A stretch of DNA of 64,000 bases from an uncultured Pirellulaceae bacterium (GCA_964623055.1 CAZURK010000044.1:2152-66151); one strand, 5' to 3'; positions 8,474 through 17,908 are shown, counted from the first letter of the stretch. Numbers and translations are program-made. Notes: generated by a model not told the origin, from the letters alone.

Positions 8474-8869
8474 ATGCCCCGACCCAAACACGAACATCCC
8501 ACGCCCGGCGAGTTGGAGGTCCTGAAGATCCTCTGGGATCGAGGGCCGTCAACCGTTCGGGAGGTGATGGAAATCCTCAATCACCAGCGCCGCCGGGCCT
8601 ACACGTCGGTGATGAGTCTGCTGGGCGTGATGACCGACAAAGGGTTGCTTGCTCGTCAGCCGCAGGGTCGAGCGTTCCTGTATCGGGCGGCGGTTGGGCG
8701 AGAAAAGACGCTTGGCGAGATGGTCAACGATCTTGTGGGGCGGGCCTTCGAGGGCTCGGCCAACGCCATGATCGTCCGACTGCTCGACCGGTCTGCTCCG
8801 TCGCCGGAGGAGATCGAGAAGATCCGCGAGACGATCGACGAGTATCGCCAACGCTCGGGAGAAGAATAG
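8474..8869 (+). CDS. BlaI/MecI/CopY-family winged-helix transcriptional repressor
   Basis: PTPGELEVLKILWDRGPSTVREVMEILNHQRRRAYTSVMSLLGVMTDKGLLARQPQGRAFLYRA is the typical BlaI fold signature. The product is ~131 aa. The gene sits immediately upstream of an M56 gene with a 2-nt gap. The track ORF start at 8198 is rejected as an upstream extension. Confidence 0.9.
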   Translation: MPRPKHEHPTPGELEVLKILWDRGPSTVREVMEILNHQRRRAYTSVMSLLGVMTDKGLLARQPQGRAFLYRAAVGREKTLGEMVNDLVGRAFEGSANAMIVRLLDRSAPSPEEIEKIRETIDEYRQRSGEE

Positions 8870-8871
8870 CA

Positions 8872-11514
8872 ATGCCGCTGCTCGACGTGCTCAGCCAACC
8901 CGTCTGGCAACGACTAACCTGGACGCTGCTGCATTTCCTGTGGCAGGGACTGGGGATTGCGGCGATGATGTTGGCCCTGTTCTGGCTGTTTCGCGTGCGT
9001 GGTGCGCATTTGCGGTATGCGATTTCTCTCTTCGCCATGCTGCTGATGGCGCTCTGCCCGCCGATAACGTTTATCGTGTTGGAGAGGTCGTCAGAACGGA
9101 CCGCGGCATCGGACTCGACGCCGGAGGAGATCGCGACACTCGACGCACTCCGACGGCAGCCCTCTTCCTCAAACACGGTTGCACCACAAGCCGCATCTGC
9201 CGGCCGGCCGGCAGACTCAGGTGGGACGGCCGAGCCGAACAGCGCAGTTGCCGACTACATTCGGCCGATCCATCCGTACTTGCTGATCGGTTGGATTGTC
9301 GGTGTGTTTCTGCTGGCCGGTCGGTTGCTGTTGGGGCAGTTGGGCGCGCATCGGATTCGGCGAAGTGGGCGGCCGATCACCGCGGAGTTGGCCGCTTGCG
9401 TGGCCCAACTCGGGCGGCGGATCGGACTGCGATCGGCCGCGTCGGTGTTCGGCTCGGAGAAGATTCGTGAGGCCGTGGTGGTGGGTGTGTTGCGGCCGGT
9501 TGTTCTACTGCCGGCCGGATGGCTAACCGGGATGACGCCCGAGATTCTCGAAGCGATCATCGCCCATGAACTGGCCCATGTTCGACGTTGGGACCTTTGG
9601 GCGAATCTCTTTCAGCGTTTGGTCGAGACGCTGTTGTTCTATCACCCGATCGTTTGGTGGCTGTCGCGGCGGATTCGCAGCGAGCGGGAGATGTGCTGCG
9701 ACGAGTTGGCCGTGGAAGCCACTGGAAAACGAGTAGTCTATGCAACCGCACTAGAACAGGCGGCCCGCCGTCGAGCCGATTCTGTACGGCCGGTGTTGGG
9801 GATGGCCATAGGAGGTGAAAAGATGACACTACTTGGTCGCGTCCGCAATGTCTTGGGGGTTTCTCCATCGCACGAGAAGGCCCGCTGGTGGCCGGCCGGT
9901 TTGTTAGCGCTGTTGGTGCCGCTACTGACCAGCGCGAGTATTGCCGAAACAGTGCTTACCTGGGAGGCAAATCCCTTCACCGACGTCCGGACCATCACGG
10001 TCGAGCAGAGGCGCGACGGTCCGGGCAAACCCAAGACCTATCTGATCGACGACCCCAAGACGGTAGCTTCACTGATCGCTCGATTGAAGATCCGCAGCAT
10101 CTGGAACAACCATCCGATTGGTCTGGAGGTGTCGACCCGGATCACGTTTCAGAAGAAAGACGGCACCACGCGGCGGGTGGAAGTGATGGATGACGACTAC
10201 CTGGAACTGGAAGGAAACGCCGTTTACGTCGACCGCGCGTTCATCGTTGCGTTGAATCGGCACTTGACGCAGCGAACCGGCAGGAAGGTCGACCTGATGG
10301 AGTTCCTGCCGGTTCGCCCGGAAGACAGACCGCCGCCGTACGTGGCCCCTTCGAGGCGATCGCTGACGGCCGGGATCGCGAGTCTCCAAGTGAAATACGA
10401 CTCGGGCGGGGGATTACGGGCAACCTGGATTCGGGAGCGGAAGGCGCTTGACGAGATCCAGCAGGCGTTGAAGATTCTCGAGCATGAACCCGACTGGACC
10501 GGGCAGTCCCGGGGCAGTGACTTCACACTCATCTCCAAGGACGGCAGCCAATTCCTCGGCACCTTCCTCAACGAGAAGCAGATTTCCGGCTTCAAGCTGG
10601 GCCGATTCACCGTGGAGCCGTCGTTCATCGAGGCGGTCAACCGGCACGTCAGCCGCATCGACGGGCGAACGATCGACATCTTGGCCGAGAACCCCTTGAC
10701 CGAGCGGCAACTCGAAGGCGAGCGGGAGTTCCGCGAGCTGCTCTCCGCGGCCACCGCCTTCCACTTTCCGGCCAAGGTGAGAGGCAAACCCCGGATCCTC
10801 CCGGTCACCGATCCCGATCAAGTGGCCGAACTTGTCGGTGTCTTGGACGACGTCGAGTTGCCGCTGAAGCAGCGAAAGCTGGCCAAGGACGATTTCTTCA
10901 TCGAGATCACAACCGAGGGGAACAAGAAAGTCCGCCTCAGCTATCTCCAAAGGGGCAACGACGACGAACTCGTGGATTCCGCGCCGTTTTGCTGCGATCT
11001 GATCGACGTGTCTGGTTTCGGCCAGATCTGGCTGGACAACCAGTGGAAATACCGCTTCCTCGACATCGTCTATTCGCGCGAGCAGGCGATCGAAGAGCGG
11101 GAGAAGCTCGCAACAATCAGGGTTGTCGCAGGCGATCTGCCGGGGTTTTTGAAGAAAGTCGTCAGTGTGACCGCCTGCTATCGAGAAGGCGGCGAGCAAC
11201 GTGTTTGGTGTCTGCCGACCGATCGCAGCCGCACGGTCATCGACGCCCTGAAGATCGACAAGGTCCAGCCGTTGGACTGGAACGCTTCGCGTTGGAAAGC
11301 GGAATTGACAAGGCTCTACGACGGCAAGGCCGGAACCTTGACGCTCACGCCCGGCGTGGGCTTCGATCTGCAGTTGGTCATCGTCGGCGAAAAGGAGTTG
11401 CTGATTCCCCGCTACGGCCGCGTGACGCTGAAGACCGGCCCCATCGAAGCGATCAAGAAGGCCGTCGCCGACGATCCCGACAAGCCGGACTCGGTGGGCC
11501 TCCTGCCGCTGTGA
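8872..11514 (+). CDS. BlaR1-like M56 peptidase signal transducer with a large repeat-containing C-terminal domain
   Basis: The N-terminal TM helices carry the HExxH site IIAHELAHVRRWD, followed by LFYHPIVWWL. The ~550-aa extracytoplasmic C-terminus contains tandem homologous modules. Confidence 0.9.
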   Translation: MPLLDVLSQPVWQRLTWTLLHFLWQGLGIAAMMLALFWLFRVRGAHLRYAISLFAMLLMALCPPITFIVLERSSERTAASDSTPEEIATLDALRRQPSSSNTVAPQAASAGRPADSGGTAEPNSAVADYIRPIHPYLLIGWIVGVFLLAGRLLLGQLGAHRIRRSGRPITAELAACVAQLGRRIGLRSAASVFGSEKIREAVVVGVLRPVVLLPAGWLTGMTPEILEAIIAHELAHVRRWDLWANLFQRLVETLLFYHPIVWWLSRRIRSEREMCCDELAVEATGKRVVYATALEQAARRRADSVRPVLGMAIGGEKMTLLGRVRNVLGVSPSHEKARWWPAGLLALLVPLLTSASIAETVLTWEANPFTDVRTITVEQRRDGPGKPKTYLIDDPKTVASLIARLKIRSIWNNHPIGLEVSTRITFQKKDGTTRRVEVMDDDYLELEGNAVYVDRAFIVALNRHLTQRTGRKVDLMEFLPVRPEDRPPPYVAPSRRSLTAGIASLQVKYDSGGGLRATWIRERKALDEIQQALKILEHEPDWTGQSRGSDFTLISKDGSQFLGTFLNEKQISGFKLGRFTVEPSFIEAVNRHVSRIDGRTIDILAENPLTERQLEGEREFRELLSAATAFHFPAKVRGKPRILPVTDPDQVAELVGVLDDVELPLKQRKLAKDDFFIEITTEGNKKVRLSYLQRGNDDELVDSAPFCCDLIDVSGFGQIWLDNQWKYRFLDIVYSREQAIEEREKLATIRVVAGDLPGFLKKVVSVTACYREGGEQRVWCLPTDRSRTVIDALKIDKVQPLDWNASRWKAELTRLYDGKAGTLTLTPGVGFDLQLVIVGEKELLIPRYGRVTLKTGPIEAIKKAVADDPDKPDSVGLLPL

Positions 11515-11557
11515 TGGGAAGACCTCGGCAACAGCGCGGAACGGGAGAAAGGACGCC

Positions 11558-12058
11558 ATGAGACGTTATGAGTATCCCGCCGACCTTGCGGCCGAACTCG
11601 GGCGAGAGCGCCGGCGACGCCTGGTATTGTGGTGCTGTATCGCTTCGGTCGTCTTGCTGGCCGCCGTCTACGCGGGCGTTCAGAACGACGCAATGCTGGG
11701 CTCGGCCGTGGGCGCGAGCCTGATGATCGCGATCCTGGGAGTCTTCGAGGCTGTGCTGAGCCGGTTTGCCCGACGAACGTCGCGCCTGGCCGGTCACGTG
11801 CTGGAGGTCGATGGAGACCGGGTTCGCCAGCTCGATCGCGACGGATCACTGGTCGATGAGATCGACTTGAGCCAGCCGTACGCTGTCAGCTACCCGTATC
11901 ACGTCTGCGGCAACGCCATCTACCACGTTCGGCAACGTTTGGATTCCGGCCAGTCGCGACAGATCGAGTTCAGCTCCCGAATCACCGACGCAAAACACCT
12001 GGTCATCGAGGTGCTGCAACACGACGAATGGCCACCCGGGGAGAACGACACGGCATGA
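11558..12058 (+). CDS. Hypothetical membrane protein (two TM helices plus a small soluble domain)
   Basis: GGGAGAAAGG lies upstream of the ATG. Two hydrophobic segments are present, LVLWCCIASVVLLAAVYAG and LGSAVGASLMIAILGVF. No family was recognised. Confidence 0.5.
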   Translation: MRRYEYPADLAAELGRERRRRLVLWCCIASVVLLAAVYAGVQNDAMLGSAVGASLMIAILGVFEAVLSRFARRTSRLAGHVLEVDGDRVRQLDRDGSLVDEIDLSQPYAVSYPYHVCGNAIYHVRQRLDSGQSRQIEFSSRITDAKHLVIEVLQHDEWPPGENDTA

Positions 12059-12132
12059 TTGTGCCCGCTGTGCGGCGCGTGATTCAAGCCAGGAACGCTT
12101 TAGGGATCAACTCAAATGAGAGGTATCGGATT

Positions 12133-12552
12133 ATGCTCATCACCTGTCTATTTCACACATGCATGTGCTCAGTAGTCCTGGCCGTGCCGGCTGAACCGTC
12201 ATGCGGCTGGCCTGAGACGGCAGGCCCGAATCCACCGACGGCCGTCCAGCAACCAGATCGAGTGGATACGTTGACCGACGCTGAACTGGCCAAGATCGAC
12301 TCCGACCTTAAGAGTCCTGACTGGCACATCAGGCGCCGCGCATTATGGCGAATGGCGCATGCAGGTTGTTCTGCCGATGCTGTGATCGACAAATACGTAG
12401 CCGTCGCCGCGCCTGCCCTTCAGTACCCCGGAGATTGCGCGCAAACGCCTATCAGTCAGGTTCTCCAAGTCCTCGGAAAACCGGCGTTTCCTCATAGCGA
12501 AGTGGCAGGCAGGGGGGAGAGCCGATCAACGGACACTCGACGAGCTCCTTAA
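12133..12552 (+). CDS. Hypothetical secreted HEAT-like repeat protein, N-terminal part (possibly frameshifted)
   Basis: Hydrophobic N-terminus. DWHIRRRALWRMAHAG is a HEAT/PBS-lyase-like repeat. The ORF ends shortly after a G6 run, and the +1 frame is open from 12401 onward. Confidence 0.45.
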   Translation: MLITCLFHTCMCSVVLAVPAEPSCGWPETAGPNPPTAVQQPDRVDTLTDAELAKIDSDLKSPDWHIRRRALWRMAHAGCSADAVIDKYVAVAAPALQYPGDCAQTPISQVLQVLGKPAFPHSEVAGRGESRSTDTRRAP

Positions 12553-12553
12553 G

Positions 12554-12994
12554 GTGGCCGGGGACCGTACGCGCCTGACTGACATCCTGCTGGCGAACCT
12601 CATGTACATGGCGGACCATTCGCTGAGCGCCGGCGATGTGCCGGCCTTGATAGCGCGGGCTGCGGATGAAACCGCCGAAGAAGACATTCGCGTTGGCGCG
12701 GTCAATTTGCTGGGACTGTGGGGGGCACTACCCAAAAACGCGACCAAGGCGTTTCTTCGACTGACGACATCCAAATCCGAAAGATTATCGCTCGCAGCGG
12801 CGGGCGCCATCGGCGCCGTCCTGGAAGACCCCAAGGATACCTCGCAACTCGTTCGCGCCGTCCAATCACGCGCCAAGAACGAGCAGCGCGTCCTTGTTCG
12901 GCAGGCCCTTGACGAGAGCGCAAGGATCCTCGTTGGAAGTTCCCAAGAGGAGCTCGATAGAAAACGCATGGAACGAGTTCAGAGGGGGTGGTAG
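12554..12994 (+). CDS. Hypothetical HEAT-like repeat protein, C-terminal part (may be continuous with 12133..12552)
   Basis: Alpha-helical repeat-like sequence, for example EDIRVGAVNLLGLWG and LSLAAAGAIGAVLED. It has only a GTG start and no convincing RBS. The frame remains open for 150 nt upstream. Confidence 0.45.
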   Translation: MAGDRTRLTDILLANLMYMADHSLSAGDVPALIARAADETAEEDIRVGAVNLLGLWGALPKNATKAFLRLTTSKSERLSLAAAGAIGAVLEDPKDTSQLVRAVQSRAKNEQRVLVRQALDESARILVGSSQEELDRKRMERVQRGW

Positions 12995-13359
12995 TATTCC
13001 TTCCGATGCGCCGTGCGACGTGATAGCCTGCAACGAAGCAGTCTGTAGATGATACACGGGTCAGTCTAAAACCAAGATCCCGACAGCGGCGCTCGATGAT
13101 CTTCAGCCATTCGCAGAAACTCGCCAAGAAGATCAACGTTACTCGGTGTGACGAATGACCGAATCCTACGAAAACGAAGCCGAACTTGCCGAGTTCACCG
13201 CTTTTGTAAAGCAGCGTAATCCATCCCGTCGTCTTCACGACCGCGAGCGATACGTGCTCAGTGTGTACAGGAAACACTTCGCGGAGATCAAGGCAAGAGT
13301 TGAAGGCGATCTTTCATAGATCGCTGCTATCGGAACCCGAGAGAGATGGGAGATTGAAG

Positions 13360-14262
13360 ATGTCACTCGTTACCGCTTCTTTACTCGTAATGTCGTTCGC
13401 CGGAAGTGCCGACGCGGAAATGCCTGCCGACTTCCTCAAAGTCGAGTCCAGAGCATGGAGCCGCTGGCTCGACGAAAACCTTCATGTGTTTTGGCATGGA
13501 ATCCCGCTCAGGGATGTGTTGGCGAGCGAATTTGGCGCTGCCGCCTTCACCGTTGATGACGTGAAAGCCCTTGGCACGCCGATCACTTTTGATGCCAGCA
13601 ACATGACGCGGGGAGCCTCGCTGTGGCGTCTAAGTCAGCGATACGGCTTCACCATACGATGGGCACAGAAGGATGAGCCAAGGATCTTTCTGGGCTTGTC
13701 CGAAGCCGAGCATCGTGAACACCAAGTAGGCGGCGTCACTTTGACTGCGATCACCCAGGTTATGCGGTCAGACTACAAGACCTACCAGGATTTGAAGCGG
13801 AGAGGGCAAGTCACCAAAGAAGAGATCATGGACGGTATCCTCTACTATGCCATTGATGTGGATCGTGACCTGAATTTCGGTGACGCCGCCGCCCATGTGA
13901 ATGAGGTACAACGCTACAAGACGAAGGTGCCGGGAGAAGCTGGAATCGAGGCACAATTCACTGCAAGGGTAAGATGGATCGAGACTATCGGCAGACGCAA
14001 CGCAGAGGTAGTCCCAATCGGAGTGGACCCTCGCTGGTTGGTGGGAATCGAAATACTCTCCATTCAGAAGCCTGCGGATCGGTTTGACAAGAAAGGCGAT
14101 ACTATTCTGGCGATCCACAATCCAGTGCGGGTTTTCCTCGATGATCGTGAGAAGACTCTTGGCAAGCTGTACGAATTCAAGACAGTGGGATTCCTGCATG
14201 ACGGTCGTCCCACCTACCTTCGCGTTGAGGCCCAAGAAAAAGACGAGACGGAACCGAAGTAG
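13360..14262 (+). CDS. Hypothetical secreted protein (STN-like N-terminal module)
   Basis: GGGAG RBS lies before the ATG at 13360. Signal peptide is MSLVTASLLVMSFAGSADA. IPLRDVLASEFGAAAFTVDD...ASLWRLSQRYGFTIRW resembles secretin/TonB short N-terminal domains. The region is AT-richer than its surroundings. Confidence 0.6.
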   Translation: MSLVTASLLVMSFAGSADAEMPADFLKVESRAWSRWLDENLHVFWHGIPLRDVLASEFGAAAFTVDDVKALGTPITFDASNMTRGASLWRLSQRYGFTIRWAQKDEPRIFLGLSEAEHREHQVGGVTLTAITQVMRSDYKTYQDLKRRGQVTKEEIMDGILYYAIDVDRDLNFGDAAAHVNEVQRYKTKVPGEAGIEAQFTARVRWIETIGRRNAEVVPIGVDPRWLVGIEILSIQKPADRFDKKGDTILAIHNPVRVFLDDREKTLGKLYEFKTVGFLHDGRPTYLRVEAQEKDETEPK

Positions 14263-14376
14263 TTGTCGCAACCCACTTCCGGTCTCAGATCTGAAGCTGG
14301 ATACCAAGCCGAAATCAGAGGCAAAGCTGCGTCCCCGGGCCGGAGCCGGCACCACACTAACGATCGGGGTAAGACA

Positions 14377-14886
14377 ATGGAGCATACGATGCCGACAATA
14401 ACGTACGTGTCAATCTGCTTCGCCGTGTTGCTCTCTTCATGTGGCCGTTGTGTCTCGTCACCCGAATACCAGGCGCACGAGAAGGTTCGGCAGCAGTTCA
14501 TCAAGCGCGCCAGGTCGTTCGTTCCCGAGGGTGAGCTGGACCAGATCGACGAGAGCTATTTTACCGGTGAGGGCTTCCGCGACTGGTTCCGGTTTCCGTT
14601 GGTCTACCCTTACGAAATGGAAATGATCGATGGCCTGGATGACGGTTCGATCGCGGGCGGAGACGCCGCCAGAATCACCGGTATTACTCATTGTGCATTC
14701 GACGCCCGCGTTCTTGTGGGGAAGTCCGAAGATGGATGGCTATTGTTTGAGTTTGAGAGCGGGGAACTCGGGTCCTTTACCTCCAAGCAAGACGTGATGG
14801 CGGAGGCCGTGAAACGCGGCTTCGACCCCAAGATTGAAATCCTCAGTGTGGAGGAGCAGTTTAGGCGATTCGCGAGTGACTGGTGA
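14377..14886 (+). CDS. Hypothetical lipoprotein
   Basis: Internal start MEHTMPTITYVSICFAVLLSSC carries a lipobox-like LSSC. No family was recognised. Confidence 0.55.
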   Translation: MEHTMPTITYVSICFAVLLSSCGRCVSSPEYQAHEKVRQQFIKRARSFVPEGELDQIDESYFTGEGFRDWFRFPLVYPYEMEMIDGLDDGSIAGGDAARITGITHCAFDARVLVGKSEDGWLLFEFESGELGSFTSKQDVMAEAVKRGFDPKIEILSVEEQFRRFASDW

Positions 14887-15053
14887 TTTGGCGGCCCGCT
14901 CGACAGGCAGCGTACGTGCCGGAATGAGGTCCTGCCCTTTGACTGAAATGCAGCCGTGCCGTACATCGAGAAACGACTCCCGAGCGATTCTGGCGGCGGC
15001 AAACGCCAGCGGACTGTCCTACGAGTGAAAACGGAACCCAAGGAGACTGACCG

Positions 15054-17876
15054 ATGAAGCAAACCTCTCGACGAACAAGCCGGATGCGTACGGCCGCCTG
15101 TTCGCTGTCCCTGTGCCTCGCTGCGGCGGCCGTGTTGACCGCCGCTGATGCCGACACGAGGCCTGCCGCGGAAGCGGACAGGGATGCGGCCGGGAAGCAA
15201 CGGCTGGAAGACAAAATCATGGAGGCCGTTCGGGCGTACGCCGAAGCCGACGATCACGTGGAGGCCATGTTGGCAGAAATGAAACAGGCCGAAAACGAGT
15301 TGGCCCAGTTTCTCAAGAATGCCCAAGAGAAGGGAATCCGGGTGAAGAGAACGGATCCTGAGTACGAGGCGTTGCTGGGGCGGGCCTCGCCCCGACGAAT
15401 ATGGAGGTACGCCGGCAGAAGGAGCCCGAAGGTCAGGGCTGCGATTGATCAGTGGATCGAGCGATATCCGCCCCGGCTCGGACGTGACTTTTTCTACATC
15501 GACACGCTGCCGATGGATAATCCCAACATCAAGGTCTTATTCCCAGACCCGAAAGCCACGACGCCGGAGACGTTCACGCACGTCATCAAAGACGGTGACA
15601 CCACCTATACGATCGACTATTCGCGTTTCAGCCTGTACACGCACGACTGCAAATTCCTCTATCCCGCGGGCGATCATCCGTGGGAGCTTGATCCGGCGAA
15701 ATTCCCCGCCTTCGATCATGGCCCGGACAGGACCTACGTCGGCAAGATACACGAATACCCCACGTGGTTTGCCATCGGGTACGTGCGAGAGGATGGCACG
15801 GTCCGCGGTTTGATCTACGGCGAGCGACGACAGGAATGGACGGATTTCGAAGGAACGAGGATCCTCAGACGCCACCTGGATAAGTGCCGTTTCCGAGATG
15901 ATTACTACACCTATGTGGACATCGAGGTGCCGGCACCCGGTTTCCGGGATGGGCCCATCTACGAAATCCCGATTGGAATTGAGATTTCCTACCAGAATCT
16001 GCTCAAGTCGAAAGGCAGCATTCCGATCCTGTTCGAAGTGCTGGAAATGGCGTGGCTGGAAGTCGCAACTGCCTATTGGGGACATTGTCGTATGCACGTC
16101 AGGCCGGCACAGGTGGTAGTGAGAACCGGCATGAAGACCTGCCCTCATGCAACCCGCTTCAAGGATTTCGACGAAACGACGACACCGGTATGGGCAGCCA
16201 AGTCGCTCGAACTACCGGAAGAGTATTTTCCCGAGCTTACGGCCGAAGAAAGGAGTTACGGGCCTGCAAACAACATTGGGCGGCAGGTCTGGCCGAAGGT
16301 GTGGCCAGAATTGAAGGTAGACAAGATCATCCATATCAATTTCGGTGCTGTTGCATCCCTCGGCGGGAACGTGTGTTCGACCCACTTCTACCCGTCAACG
16401 CGGTTGAAACCGTATAACAAGATTCCCTGTCGCGAACAAATCCTAACGCATACTCTGTTGCACGAGTTCAGCCATACCTATCGTGGAAGGCACTTCACCG
16501 GGTACGAGGAAGGATTGACCATGTATGCCCATGGGGGGCACAAGCCGAGCCCGACCCGGATTGTCGGCAGTCATGTGGTGAAATTCAGAAAGCACCATGA
16601 GGACACATACAGGGAGCACAACCGACCTGTGAGAATCGCCACCGATACCAGCGATGCTCCGTTGCCGCCTTACGCGTCTTTGGAAATGTTGCAGATAGTC
16701 AATACGGGCCAAAAGAAGATTGACGTACTAGCGAACGATCATGACTACAACGGCGATCCGATCCAGCTCGTTTTTGTGGACAAGACCTCGCGACGGGGAG
16801 GCACGGTAACCGTTTCCGCGGACCATACGGTGGTCTATACTCCTCCCGCGCACAAGATCGGGCTCGACCGTTTCAAGTATCGCATCGCTGACTCGACGGG
16901 CTACGAATCCGTCGGCTACGTGATTATCGACCTTGTCAATCCATCGCAGTATTACTACCCAGGCGGACCGGAAACCGCCGAGTCGCGCGGCTTCACCGGC
17001 GCTCAGGTGGCTTTCGTTCCGAGGACGAACCGGAGGAAAGCAACGGCCGTCGTGGCAGATACTCTGCCCGTGGAAATCATGGTTCCTGAAGCGGGACACT
17101 ACACGATCGACTTCAAGTTCTTCATCCGAGGTGATTGGAAGGCGGGAGTTGCCCCCAGGACACATCTCATTTCGGTCAACGGCAAGGCTTTCGAGGAAGT
17201 CGTGTTTCACTCGCCCCAACCCACGGACGAATGGAGACGTAAGAAGGTCTACAACCTTCCGCTGAAGAAGGGCGCGAACACACTGATGATCTCATCGCTT
17301 TCGGGTAATAAAGTCAGCGGAAAAGCGATAAGAGGAAACCTGCCGAGTACCGCTCCGACCACCTTCCGCAGAATTGCCGTGTCTTCAGCGGGCTCCTATA
17401 TCATCGGTTTTTCCGGTGCCGGAAGAAACGCGTCTTTCGACCTCATTGAGTCCGGGGAGTTGTTCAAGACCCACGTCAACGGACTGGAATACGGCTGGAG
17501 CAGTGAGAACGCTCCAAGCAGCGCTGGTGCGGTCGGATTCATGGATCGACGGGGGCAAGCAACTGGGAACAAATGGGAGATGGTCCTGCCGAACGGTACG
17601 TACAACGTGCTGTTGGGATGCAGAGGTGGTGAGTACGGTGCACTGGATTACCATGCGTACAAGACCGACATATTTCGAGAAGGTTCGGGCAAGGCCTCAA
17701 ACGTCAACAACTTCCGAGTCGAGGGAGTGCCTTTTCATGATACGGATGGCCCGGAGAACATTCTGAACCTGATCGAGCACCAAGTAACGGTCAAAGATGG
17801 CAGACTTACTGTTGAAGTTGGCGAAGGCGCTCTGGCCCCTCGGCTTTGCTACATCAATATCAGTAGAGTCAATTAG
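15054..17876 (+). CDS. Large secreted HExxH zinc-metallopeptidase-like protein with a VCBS/cadherin-like domain and CBM/malectin-like C-terminal domains
   Basis: AAGGAG RBS and a signal-like N-terminus. The HExxH motif is HTLLHEFSHTY. VLANDHDYNGDPIQLVFVD...GGTVTV...VVYTPP...GLDRFKYRIADSTG is typical of VCBS/cadherin-like repeats. The C-terminus has two beta-sandwich-like segments, GANTLMISS and LEYGWS...WEMVLPNGTYNVLLGCRGG. Confidence 0.7.
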   Translation: MKQTSRRTSRMRTAACSLSLCLAAAAVLTAADADTRPAAEADRDAAGKQRLEDKIMEAVRAYAEADDHVEAMLAEMKQAENELAQFLKNAQEKGIRVKRTDPEYEALLGRASPRRIWRYAGRRSPKVRAAIDQWIERYPPRLGRDFFYIDTLPMDNPNIKVLFPDPKATTPETFTHVIKDGDTTYTIDYSRFSLYTHDCKFLYPAGDHPWELDPAKFPAFDHGPDRTYVGKIHEYPTWFAIGYVREDGTVRGLIYGERRQEWTDFEGTRILRRHLDKCRFRDDYYTYVDIEVPAPGFRDGPIYEIPIGIEISYQNLLKSKGSIPILFEVLEMAWLEVATAYWGHCRMHVRPAQVVVRTGMKTCPHATRFKDFDETTTPVWAAKSLELPEEYFPELTAEERSYGPANNIGRQVWPKVWPELKVDKIIHINFGAVASLGGNVCSTHFYPSTRLKPYNKIPCREQILTHTLLHEFSHTYRGRHFTGYEEGLTMYAHGGHKPSPTRIVGSHVVKFRKHHEDTYREHNRPVRIATDTSDAPLPPYASLEMLQIVNTGQKKIDVLANDHDYNGDPIQLVFVDKTSRRGGTVTVSADHTVVYTPPAHKIGLDRFKYRIADSTGYESVGYVIIDLVNPSQYYYPGGPETAESRGFTGAQVAFVPRTNRRKATAVVADTLPVEIMVPEAGHYTIDFKFFIRGDWKAGVAPRTHLISVNGKAFEEVVFHSPQPTDEWRRKKVYNLPLKKGANTLMISSLSGNKVSGKAIRGNLPSTAPTTFRRIAVSSAGSYIIGFSGAGRNASFDLIESGELFKTHVNGLEYGWSSENAPSSAGAVGFMDRRGQATGNKWEMVLPNGTYNVLLGCRGGEYGALDYHAYKTDIFREGSGKASNVNNFRVEGVPFHDTDGPENILNLIEHQVTVKDGRLTVEVGEGALAPRLCYINISRVN

Positions 17877-17908
17877 ATTCATAGAAGGTGCTGCAGTACG
17901 AGTGTCGG

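Noticed and set aside
12702-13277. 191-aa minus-strand ORF.
   Set aside because: Its 3' half overlaps the plus-strand HEAT-like gene antisense. The 5' half lies in an AT-richer spacer and has no RBS or recognisable motif. It is probably spurious.
13155-13319. 54-codon plus-strand ORF (MTESYENEAELAEFTAFVKQRNPSRRLHDRERYVLSVYRKHFAEIKARVEGDLS), preceded by a 20-codon ORF overlapping via ATGA.
   Set aside because: Its composition is plausible for a small helical protein, but it has no clear RBS, no recognisable family and is below the track threshold. It is kept as a note only. Conservation or ribosome profiling would be needed.
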